From: PVC group bacterium
GTDB taxonomy: Bacteria; Omnitrophota; Gorgyraeia; B26-G9
Assembly (NCBI GenBank): GCA_024231215.1
Contig: JAAEQR010000195.1
Span: forward strand, 78,755-142,754
DNA length: 64,000 nucleotides
Direction of reading: 5' to 3'
The notes beneath the pieces are model-generated. The model saw only the letters and a list, made by a program, of their open reading frames with translations. It ran no database searches and was not told where the DNA came from. The translations under genes and the position numbers were made by a program. Below, piece by piece: positions 9,212 to 17,584 of the stretch; the first letter of the stretch is position 1; the number at the start of each line of letters is the position of its first letter.

Positions 9212-10609
9212 ATGGCAAAAATGAATCCAAAACAAGTTCCAATGCGGGAACAGCTGCCTAAGGATCGAATTAAAAACTTCAAAGAAGTTCCTTGTGGCTA
9301 TTCAGATGAAGAAGCAGTTATTGAAGCCAAAAGGTGTTTGCAGTGTAAAAACCAGCCGTGTGTATTAGGTTGCCCGGTAGAGATAGATATCCCGGGATTT
9401 GTTAAACTAATCGCCGAAGGAGATTTTCCCAGGGCAATAAAGAAGATGAAGGAGACGAACAGTCTTCCTGCGATATGCGGTAGGGTATGTCCTCAGGAAG
9501 ATCAGTGCCAGAAGGTATGTGTTGTTGGAAAGATGGGAGATCCGGTAGCGATTGGGCGTTTAGAAAGATTTATTGCGGATTGGGAGGCAAAGCAAGCTAA
9601 TATAGAGCTTCCTGAAATAAAAGCGCCTACCGGTAAAAAAGTAGCTTGTGTTGGAGGAGGTCCGGCTGGACTTACAGTTGCCGGAGAGTTGGTAAAGCTC
9701 GGGCACAGCGTGACTATATTTGAGGCATTGCATGAGTTGGGAGGAGTTTTAGTTTATGGGATTCCGGAATTCAGGTTGCCGAATAGTATTGTAGAAAGAG
9801 AAGTGGAATATATCCATTCTCTGGGAGTAGAAATTAAAAAATCTTTTATTGTCGGAAAACTAAAGACTATTGATGAATTTTTAGAAGAATTTGATGCTGT
9901 ATTTGTGGGAACAGGCGCTGGGCTTCCTTGGTTTATGGATCTTCCCGGCGAAAATTATAACGGCATATATTCGGCAAATGAGTATCTTACTCGGTCAAAT
10001 TTGATGAAGGCATATCTTTTTCCGGAATACGATACCCCGATTGAAAGGGGAAAGCAGGTTGCGGTAATCGGTGGGGGTAATGTGGCAATGGATTCAGTAA
10101 GAACCGCATTGCGTCTTGGTGCTGCGAAGGCTATGATTATATATAGAAGGTCGAAAAAAGAGATGCCGGCAAGGTTCGAAGAAATACACCATGCTGAGGA
10201 AGAAGGAGTTATTTTTGAATTTTTAACTTTACCGATTGCTTATCATGCCGATGATCAAGGCGGGGTTAAGGAAATGGAATGTTTAAAGATGGAATTGGGT
10301 GAGCCTGATGCTTCTGGAAGAAGACGTCCGGTACCTGTGGAAGGGTCTAATTTTAGAATTCCAGTGGATGTGGTGGTTGTGGCGATCGGTAACAGCCCGA
10401 ATCCTTTAGTTCCAGCTACTACTTCAGGACTTGAGATCGGAAAAAAAGGCAATATAGTAGTTGATGCGACTACTGGAAAAACCAGTAAAAAAGGAGTCTT
10501 TGCTGGAGGAGATATTGCAACCGGTGCGGCTACGGTGATTTCTGCGATGGGTGCAGGAAAAATCGCTGCTAAAAATATAGATGATTACTTAAAAACAGAA
10601 CAATGGTAA
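9212..10609 (+). CDS. nfnB: NfnB/SudA-like, GltD-family NAD(P)H oxidoreductase subunit
   Basis: 465 aa. Two Cys clusters (CLQCKNQPCVLGCP, CGRVCPQEDQCQKVC). Rossmann motifs VACVGGGPAGL and VAVIGGGNVAMD. It is a paralog of gltD at 378..1823. Confidence 0.75.
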   Translation: MAKMNPKQVPMREQLPKDRIKNFKEVPCGYSDEEAVIEAKRCLQCKNQPCVLGCPVEIDIPGFVKLIAEGDFPRAIKKMKETNSLPAICGRVCPQEDQCQKVCVVGKMGDPVAIGRLERFIADWEAKQANIELPEIKAPTGKKVACVGGGPAGLTVAGELVKLGHSVTIFEALHELGGVLVYGIPEFRLPNSIVEREVEYIHSLGVEIKKSFIVGKLKTIDEFLEEFDAVFVGTGAGLPWFMDLPGENYNGIYSANEYLTRSNLMKAYLFPEYDTPIERGKQVAVIGGGNVAMDSVRTALRLGAAKAMIIYRRSKKEMPARFEEIHHAEEEGVIFEFLTLPIAYHADDQGGVKEMECLKMELGEPDASGRRRPVPVEGSNFRIPVDVVVVAIGNSPNPLVPATTSGLEIGKKGNIVVDATTGKTSKKGVFAGGDIATGAATVISAMGAGKIAAKNIDDYLKTEQW

Positions 10610-10627
10610 AATTACAATTAAATTATT

Positions 10628-11119
10628 ATGCAAAGATTTAGTAAAGACGGACGACTGATATTTCCTATACACGAGAGAGAAAATAAGGAATTAAAACATA
10701 AAGAACATAAAATTCGATATGTTATACAAAAAGCATATTGTCCGAATGGCTGTAACATCATGGATCCAGAACACAAAATCCATGATGTTGCTGGCCTGAG
10801 GATTAAATTTAAAAGACCAGGTGTTGAAGGTGAGTTTGTGATCTCTGCAATAGAGGGAGATTTTGATAAAATTATTCTATCGGGGATATTAAAGGATGGA
10901 GTAAAGGATGACCTTTATTGTCCGCATTGCAATGCTATGTTTAAAATACTTGTTAATTGCGATTGTAAGCCAGATGCAGACATGATCGTAATCGGATTGA
11001 CTCCGAAATTGGATTTTAATAATGCAATAACCTTTTGCAATGTGACTGGATGTAACACTGGAACATTTGTTAAGTCTGGAGATGTTATTAGACATATTAG
11101 ATTAGATAATTCGTTTTAA
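10628..11119 (+). CDS. hypothetical Cys-rich protein (8 Cys in CxxxC/CxxC/CxC pairs)
   Basis: 163 aa containing YCPNGC, YCPHCN, CDCKPD and FCNVTGC. It is wedged between nfnB and icd. The RBS is weak, so the start is uncertain. Confidence 0.45.
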   Translation: MQRFSKDGRLIFPIHERENKELKHKEHKIRYVIQKAYCPNGCNIMDPEHKIHDVAGLRIKFKRPGVEGEFVISAIEGDFDKIILSGILKDGVKDDLYCPHCNAMFKILVNCDCKPDADMIVIGLTPKLDFNNAITFCNVTGCNTGTFVKSGDVIRHIRLDNSF

Positions 11120-11148
11120 GTACACTTTGTAACCTTAGGAGACAGAAG

Positions 11149-12351
11149 ATGTCAGAAGAATTAATTAAACAAGCAAAAGAGAAATTTGCAGTGATCATCG
11201 AAGAACAGTTAATGCGGGTTGAAGAGATGAAAAAAGGTGCGGCATGGACCGACTTTTCAAAGCTGTCCCCGATTATTATCGGCGTGTGTTTTGGTGACGG
11301 GATTGGTGAAATTATTTCAAAACACGCGGAAACAGTTTTATCTCATATACTCAAAGATGAAGTGGCCAACGGTAAAGTTAAGTTTAAAGATATTGCCGGG
11401 CTTACGATCGAAAACCGGGCGGCTCAAAAAAAAGCAATCCCTGATGATGTTCTTGAAGAAATAAAGTCTTGTCATGTTATTCTTAAAGGTCCGACGACAA
11501 CTCCGCAGAAAGGCGATAATTGGCCGAATATTGAAAGCGCGAATGTAGCGATGCGCAGATATCTGGATCTTTTTGCTAATGTCCGGCCGGTACGTATTCC
11601 CCAAGAAGGAATTGACTGGTGTTTCTTTCGTGAAAATACAGAAGGCGCTTATGTGTTAGGTTCAAAAGGTTTTGACGTAACTGAAGATTTAAGTATAGAT
11701 TTTAAGGTTATTACTGAACAGGGTGCGGAACGAATTATTCGCATGGCATTTGAATATGCTAAAAATAATAACATTGATAGGGTTACAGTAGTAACTAAAT
11801 CTAATGTTGTTAAGACTACTGACGGCAGATTTTCACAGGTTGCGTTTCGGATTGCAAACGAGTATCCGGGAATTAAGCTGGATGAATGGTATATTGATAT
11901 TATGACCGCAAAACTTATTGATCCGGCCCGGCGTAAAGATTTTAAAGTAATGGTTCTTCCAAATCTTTACGGTGATATTCTTACGGATGAGGCTGCACAG
12001 ATGCAGGGTGGTGTTGGTACAGCGGGAAGTGCTAATATTGGAAAACATTGGTCGATGTTTGAGGCAATTCATGGTAGTGCTCCGCGGATGGTTAAAGAAG
12101 GCAGAGCTAAATTTGCTGATCCTTGTTCTATGATTCGTGCTAGCGCGATGCTGCTGCGACATATTGGCTATCCTGAACGCGCGGAGAAAGTAGAGATGGC
12201 TTTGGAGGTATGTGGTACGTATGAGAAAAAAATGGTAATTACCGGCAGAGATTCCGGAGTTACCGGAGAAGAGTATACTCAGTATTTATTATCCTGGGTG
12301 GATAATCCGGAGCTTAAGACTCGCTGGGGACAAGGAGTTAACAAAAGTTAA
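11149..12351 (+). CDS. icd: isocitrate dehydrogenase (NADP) of the beta-decarboxylating dehydrogenase family
   Basis: 400 aa with GDGIGEI and NLYGDILTDEAAQMQGGVGTAGSANIG motifs. RBS AGGAGA. Confidence 0.7.
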   Translation: MSEELIKQAKEKFAVIIEEQLMRVEEMKKGAAWTDFSKLSPIIIGVCFGDGIGEIISKHAETVLSHILKDEVANGKVKFKDIAGLTIENRAAQKKAIPDDVLEEIKSCHVILKGPTTTPQKGDNWPNIESANVAMRRYLDLFANVRPVRIPQEGIDWCFFRENTEGAYVLGSKGFDVTEDLSIDFKVITEQGAERIIRMAFEYAKNNNIDRVTVVTKSNVVKTTDGRFSQVAFRIANEYPGIKLDEWYIDIMTAKLIDPARRKDFKVMVLPNLYGDILTDEAAQMQGGVGTAGSANIGKHWSMFEAIHGSAPRMVKEGRAKFADPCSMIRASAMLLRHIGYPERAEKVEMALEVCGTYEKKMVITGRDSGVTGEEYTQYLLSWVDNPELKTRWGQGVNKS

Positions 12352-12429
12352 GGTAAGGGAGGTAAGATGCAAGTTAAAGAAACAAAGAAAAAAAGAAAAC
12401 TTATTGAAAAAGAAGGAGGAGAGAAAATA

Positions 12430-13767
12430 ATGGATGCAAAAGTAAAACAGTTTATGGAAGGTGTTATCAAAAGAAACCCGGGAGAATCGGAGTTTCATCA
12501 GGCAGTGCAGGAAGTTGCTGAATCGGTGATGCCGTTTATCGACGCAAATCCAAAATATAAGAAAGCAAAAATTTTAGAAAGAATAGCAGAACCGGAAAGA
12601 GTAATAATGTTCCGGGTGCCGTGGAAGACTGATAAAGGTGAAGTTGAGGTTAACCGAGGTTTTCGAATTGAGATGAATAGCGCTATTGGTCCTTACAAAG
12701 GTGGATTACGTTTTCATCCAACTGTTTATTTAGGGATTTTGAAATTTCTTGCTTTTGAGCAGGTATTTAAAAACAGCTTAACTACTTTGCCTATGGGCGG
12801 CGGAAAAGGCGGTTCTGATTTTGATCCTAAAGGAAAATCTGATAATGAAGTAATGAGTTTTTGCCAGAGTTTTATGACTGAACTCTCGCGTCATATCGGG
12901 CCTGATACAGATGTTCCTGCAGGAGATATTGGTGTTGGCGGACGTGAAATTGGGTTTATGTTTGGGCAATATAAAAGAATCCGCAATGAGTTTACCGGAA
13001 TTTTAACTGGTAAAGGGCTTAATTGGGGTGGTAGTTTGATTAGACCGGAAGCTACTGGCTATGGTTGTGTTTATTTTGTTGAAGCGATGTTGAATCATCT
13101 TGGCGATTCTTTAAATGGAAAAGTTTGTACTGTATCCGGGGCTGGAAACGTTGCACAATATACAGTAGAGAAGGTAAACCAGTTGGGCGGCAAATGTGTT
13201 ACTTTATCTGATTCCGGTGGATATATTTATGATAAAGATGGGATTGATGCAAATAAGCTGGCATTTGTGATGAAGCTTAAGAATATAAAGCGCGGCAGAA
13301 TTAAAGAATACGCGGATAAATACGGTTGTAAATATGTTGCGAATAAACGTCCTTGGGATGTTAAATGTGATGTGGCTTTTCCTTCGGCTACGCAGAATGA
13401 AATAAATAAGGAAGATGCTAAAGCTTTAGTAAAGAATGGATGTATTGCTATCGGTGAAGGCGCAAACATGCCTACAACTCCTGATGGAGTAGAAGTATTT
13501 CAGAAAGCCAAAATTTGTTACGGTCCGGGTAAAGCAGCTAATGCCGGTGGAGTAGCAACTTCTGGTTTGGAAATGTCTCAGAACAGCTTAAGGTTGTCCT
13601 GGAGTCGTGAAGAAGTAGACAAGCGTTTGCATAATATTATGCTGGACATTCATGCACAGTGTGTAAAATACGGTACAAGTGGAGAGCATGTTGATTATGT
13701 AAAAGGTGCGAATATCGGAGGATTTGTTAAAGTAGCTGATTCAATGCTTGATCAGGGAATAGTGTAA
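12430..13767 (+). CDS. gdhA: NADP-specific glutamate dehydrogenase
   Basis: KGGLRFHP and [16 protein letters not shown] signatures. The start was moved to the internal ATG ([29 protein letters not shown]) preceded by AAGGAGGA; it aligns with the E. coli GdhA N-terminus. Confidence 0.85.
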   Translation: MDAKVKQFMEGVIKRNPGESEFHQAVQEVAESVMPFIDANPKYKKAKILERIAEPERVIMFRVPWKTDKGEVEVNRGFRIEMNSAIGPYKGGLRFHPTVYLGILKFLAFEQVFKNSLTTLPMGGGKGGSDFDPKGKSDNEVMSFCQSFMTELSRHIGPDTDVPAGDIGVGGREIGFMFGQYKRIRNEFTGILTGKGLNWGGSLIRPEATGYGCVYFVEAMLNHLGDSLNGKVCTVSGAGNVAQYTVEKVNQLGGKCVTLSDSGGYIYDKDGIDANKLAFVMKLKNIKRGRIKEYADKYGCKYVANKRPWDVKCDVAFPSATQNEINKEDAKALVKNGCIAIGEGANMPTTPDGVEVFQKAKICYGPGKAANAGGVATSGLEMSQNSLRLSWSREEVDKRLHNIMLDIHAQCVKYGTSGEHVDYVKGANIGGFVKVADSMLDQGIV

Positions 13768-13787
13768 GATATACTAGTTAGAGCAAT

Positions 13788-13830
13788 AAAAAACCGCTTC
13801 TGAGTAAAATTAGAGGCGGTTTTTTTATTT
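13788..13830 (+). terminator. Rho-independent terminator after gdhA
   Basis: AACCGCTTCT-gagtaaaatt-AGAGGCGGTT followed by TTTTTTTATTT. Confidence 0.7.
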
Positions 13831-13911
13831 CCATCGACAAAACTAGAGATAAATAATAAAATATTATGTGTTAACCCGGATTTTATTTTTAACTGGAACT
13901 TATGGAGCGCG

Positions 13912-15300
13912 ATGTTATTTAATTCTCTTGAATTTCTCATTTTTTTTCTTATTATATACGGTTTATACCTTATTCTGTCGCATCGTTGGCAGAACCGAAT
14001 GCTTCTTTTGGCAAGTTATATTTTTTATGGGTTTTGGGATTATCGATTTTTGTCTTTAATTTTTATTTCTACTCTGGTAGATTATTTTTGTGGATTGGGG
14101 ATTGAATCAAGTCAGAATATTACTCGCTGCCGAAGACTCCTTATAATTAGCATAGTTGTAAATCTTTCTTTGCTGGGCGTATTTAAGTATTTCAATTTTT
14201 TTGCTTCCGGACTTAGCTTGCTTTTAAGTAATATTGGCATTGGGGCTGATTTGAGATCTTTAAATATTATTCTTCCTGTAGGAATTTCATTTTATACGTT
14301 TCAAACGATGAGCTATACAATCGATATTTATCGCGGGAAATTGAAACCGACACGGAAATTTTTGGATTTTGCTTTGTTCGTGGCTTTTTTCCCTCAGCTG
14401 GTTGCCGGTCCGATTGAAAGAGCTCGCAGGCTTCTGCCTCAAATCTTGCAGCCTAGAAAATTATCACTTAATTCTTTTTATGAAGGATGTTTTTTGATTT
14501 TCTGGGGTCTTTTTGAAAAGATTTTTATTTCCGGAAACCTGGCCTTGATTGTTGATCCGGTATTTGCTGAGCAATACCAGGGTGACGGAGGCCGAGTATT
14601 GATTGCCTTGTACGCGTTTGCCTTTCAGATTTTTTGTGATTTTGACGGATATTCTAATATCGCGCGTGGGCTGGGAAAATGCATGGGATTTGAGTTGATG
14701 AACAACTTTAATATCCCGTACATTGCAGCTGATCCGAAGGAATTCTGGCAGAGGTGGCATATAAGTTTGTCGAGCTGGTTGCGGGATTATCTTTATATCC
14801 CCTTAGGTGGCAACCGGGGATCCCGGGGCAGGACAAACTGTAATTTGATGCTTACAATGCTGCTTGGTGGATTATGGCATGGTGCAGCCTGGACATTTGT
14901 TGCGTGGGGAGCTTATCACGGGATACTGCTGATTATTTACCGCCGATTGAATATAGTAACAAAAAAGTTTTTAGCAATACGTATTTTTCTATTTTTCCAC
15001 ATTATTACTTTAAGTTGGCTTTTATTCAGAGCTGAATCTTTTGCGCAGGTTAACGAGATGTTTGCGGCTATGTTATTTAATTTGCGATTTGCGCCGGATA
15101 CAATTTTAATTTTTTTGCGTATGCTTATAATTATTTTACCTTTACTATGTGTTCAAGTTGGTCAATATGTTACGAAGGATCGTTTATTTCTTTTCCGGCG
15201 TCATTGGCTGATAAAGACATTTATTTACGCGGTGTTTGTTTATCTTATGGCGGTTTGGGGTATATTTAGTGCTGAGGAGTTTATATATTTTCAGTTTTAA
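13912..15300 (+). CDS. MBOAT-family membrane-bound O-acyltransferase (AlgI/DltB/PatA-like)
   Basis: 462 aa, polytopic. Conserved MBOAT His region (WHGAAWTFVAWGAYHG). RBS ATGGAG. Confidence 0.8.
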   Translation: MLFNSLEFLIFFLIIYGLYLILSHRWQNRMLLLASYIFYGFWDYRFLSLIFISTLVDYFCGLGIESSQNITRCRRLLIISIVVNLSLLGVFKYFNFFASGLSLLLSNIGIGADLRSLNIILPVGISFYTFQTMSYTIDIYRGKLKPTRKFLDFALFVAFFPQLVAGPIERARRLLPQILQPRKLSLNSFYEGCFLIFWGLFEKIFISGNLALIVDPVFAEQYQGDGGRVLIALYAFAFQIFCDFDGYSNIARGLGKCMGFELMNNFNIPYIAADPKEFWQRWHISLSSWLRDYLYIPLGGNRGSRGRTNCNLMLTMLLGGLWHGAAWTFVAWGAYHGILLIIYRRLNIVTKKFLAIRIFLFFHIITLSWLLFRAESFAQVNEMFAAMLFNLRFAPDTILIFLRMLIIILPLLCVQVGQYVTKDRLFLFRRHWLIKTFIYAVFVYLMAVWGIFSAEEFIYFQF

Positions 15301-15302
15301 AA

Positions 15303-16217
15303 TTGGATGGTGTCATGAAGAATAGTGTTGAGGTACGCCGTATATTTAGAATTATACTTTTTTTACTGTTTCTGGAGATAATCTGCCGGATTGGCGGAAT
15401 TATTGTTCTTGAGGGATATGAACAGCGTAATAGATTAGATATGCACAATAAACAACTTTACCGCATTCTTTGTATTGGGGAATCAGTGACATTATCCACG
15501 GTTACTCCGTCTTATCCTGAATTACTTGAGCAAGTGCTGAATAGACTTACGCGAACACAAAAAGTAAAGGTTATAAATAAAGGTATTGCCGGAGCATCTA
15601 CAGAAACAGTTTTTAAATCGTTGGATAAGATGCTGAATAAATATGAACCTGACTTGGTTGTGCTGATGCTGGGAGTAAATGACGCAAAGATGATTGTTAG
15701 CCGCGAACAGCTTTTTGTGGTGCGTTGGGAGCGTTGCTTGAATAAGCTTAAAACATATCGTTTATTTAAGCAACTAATTAAGCAGGCGCTTTTCCGGATG
15801 CAGCATACTAAAGAAGAAAATATTATTGTTGATCAGAATGATGCGGTAATTAGGCAGCCTCCGCGTCCAACATCTTTAGAAGAGCAGGCGTTGTTTTTAT
15901 CTGCAGTCCGAGAGCCTCAGGCAGTAACACTTAATAATTTTCGTAAAATCGCCGGGAAAATTTTTGGATACGGGAGTAGACTGGTTATAATGCAATATCC
16001 GCTGGTTGATATTGAGCTTTTGCAAGAACATTTAAAAGAATATCCTCAGATTATTTTTGTTGAAAATAAAGATAATTTTACCGAAGCTTTGCGATTTGCT
16101 TCTATGGAAGAGTATTTTATCGATCTTTTTGCCGCTGAATTTGGCCATTGCACAGTAGCGGGGAATGAATTGATTGCCGAAGAATTGGCCAAAGCCATAA
16201 AAAACAACTGTTTCTAA
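15303..16217 (+). CDS. SGNH/GDSL-hydrolase-fold protein with an N-terminal TM anchor, partner of the MBOAT (AlgJ/PatB/DltD-like)
   Basis: 304 aa. GESVT block near the N-terminus, a GVNDA block, and a C-terminal D..H pair. It lies immediately downstream of the MBOAT gene. Confidence 0.65.
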   Translation: MDGVMKNSVEVRRIFRIILFLLFLEIICRIGGIIVLEGYEQRNRLDMHNKQLYRILCIGESVTLSTVTPSYPELLEQVLNRLTRTQKVKVINKGIAGASTETVFKSLDKMLNKYEPDLVVLMLGVNDAKMIVSREQLFVVRWERCLNKLKTYRLFKQLIKQALFRMQHTKEENIIVDQNDAVIRQPPRPTSLEEQALFLSAVREPQAVTLNNFRKIAGKIFGYGSRLVIMQYPLVDIELLQEHLKEYPQIIFVENKDNFTEALRFASMEEYFIDLFAAEFGHCTVAGNELIAEELAKAIKNNCF

Positions 16218-16249
16218 CTTATTTATTGCCAACGCATTATATGTTTGTA

Positions 16250-16284
16250 TTGACAAAATCTGTTATTTATGTTAAATTCTTATT
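16250..16284 (+). promoter_or_regulatory. candidate sigma70-type promoter for the car-pur-pyr array
   Basis: TTGACA-17nt-TAAATT. A roughly 190-nt AT-rich leader follows before carA. Confidence 0.3.
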
Positions 16285-16477
16285 AATTCAGGAACAAAGG
16301 TGTTCACCGAAAGGGAGAGCGTCTTTTTTTTATGCCTTTTTGCGTAAAAAATATGATTTAAAAAAAGACTTTTTAAATAATTAATATTGTATTATAATTA
16401 GATAAATTATAATCCCTTCAGATTTCAGGACTTCTTAGAAATCCGCAAGATAGAACATAAACATAAATATAATTTTA

Positions 16478-17584
16478 ATGGATACCCTTGTGTGTAATCA
16501 TAAGCGACAAAGAGCAAAACTTGCGTTAGAAGATGGCAGAATATTTCCCGGATTTTCTTTTGGTGCTACGGGAACTGCTTTGGGAGAAGTTGTCTTTAAT
16601 ACCAGCTTAGCTGGATACCAGGAAATACTCACAGATCCTTCCTACAAAGGTCAGATGGTAACAATGACCTATCCTCTTATTGGTAATTATGGTGTAAATG
16701 AAGAAGATGTTGAATCACATAAACCTTTTGTTGAAGCATTTATTGTAAAAGAATGTAGTCGTATTGCCAGTAATTGGCGTTCTACGATGACCTTAGATGA
16801 ATATCTTAAAAAGAATAATATTATTGGTATCGAAGGGGTAGATACACGTGCGATTACCCGTCATGCAAGATTGCAGGGAGCAATGAAGGCGGTGCTTTCC
16901 ACCGAAGACTTAGATGATAAAAGTTTAGTTGCAAAAGCAAAAGCTTCAACTGGACTGGTGGGAGTGGATTTAGTCAAAGAAGTAACTTCTTCTGAAATCA
17001 AGCATTGGACAAAAGAAGGTAAATATAAAGTTGTTGTTTTAGATTGCGGAGTAAAACTGAATATTTTAAGAGAATTAGCAGGACTTGATTGCCAGGTGAT
17101 TGTTGTTCCGGCATCTACTACAGCAGAAGAGATCCTGGCTTTAAATCCTGACGGGCTTATGCTTTCTAATGGCCCGGGAGATCCAGCTGCTGTAACATAT
17201 GTTGTTGAGACGGTGAAACAATTAATCGGAAAACTGCCGATGTTCGGCATTTGTCTTGGCCATCAGATGTTGGGACAGGCTTTAGGCGGAAAAACATATA
17301 AACTTAAGTTTGGCCATCATGGGGGTAATCAGCCGGTAAAAGATCTTAAAACAGGCAAGATCGATATTAGTGTGCAGAATCATGGATTTTGCGTGGATAT
17401 CGATTCATTAAATAAAGATGATATCGAAATTACACATATTAATCTTAATGATCAGACTTTAGAGGGAATTCGGCATAAAAAACTGCCGATTATCTCAGTG
17501 CAGTTTCATCCGGAAGCTTGTCCTGGTCCGCATGATTCAAAATATTTATTTAAACAATTTATGGAAATGATAGAAAATGCCTAA
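16478..17584 (+). CDS. carA: carbamoyl-phosphate synthase small (glutaminase) subunit
   Basis: 368 aa. [35 protein letters not shown] aligns to the E. coli CarA N-terminus. GATase triad region GICLGHQ. Confidence 0.9.
   Translation: MDTLVCNHKRQRAKLALEDGRIFPGFSFGATGTALGEVVFNTSLAGYQEILTDPSYKGQMVTMTYPLIGNYGVNEEDVESHKPFVEAFIVKECSRIASNWRSTMTLDEYLKKNNIIGIEGVDTRAITRHARLQGAMKAVLSTEDLDDKSLVAKAKASTGLVGVDLVKEVTSSEIKHWTKEGKYKVVVLDCGVKLNILRELAGLDCQVIVVPASTTAEEILALNPDGLMLSNGPGDPAAVTYVVETVKQLIGKLPMFGICLGHQMLGQALGGKTYKLKFGHHGGNQPVKDLKTGKIDISVQNHGFCVDIDSLNKDDIEITHINLNDQTLEGIRHKKLPIISVQFHPEACPGPHDSKYLFKQFMEMIENA

Noticed and set aside
11237-11464. 75-aa + strand ORF in an alternative frame
   Set aside because: It is nested inside icd in another frame. 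No RBS.
12367-12429. 21-codon N-terminal extension of gdhA from the ORF track
   Set aside because: The internal ATG has a strong RBS and aligns with the canonical GdhA N-terminus. The extension ([14 protein letters not shown]) is the RBS region translated.
16318-16372. PyrR-binding attenuator upstream of carA
   Set aside because: The purine-rich segment only loosely resembles the PyrR consensus, and no anti-terminator/terminator pair could be drawn convincingly. It is reported only as an open question.
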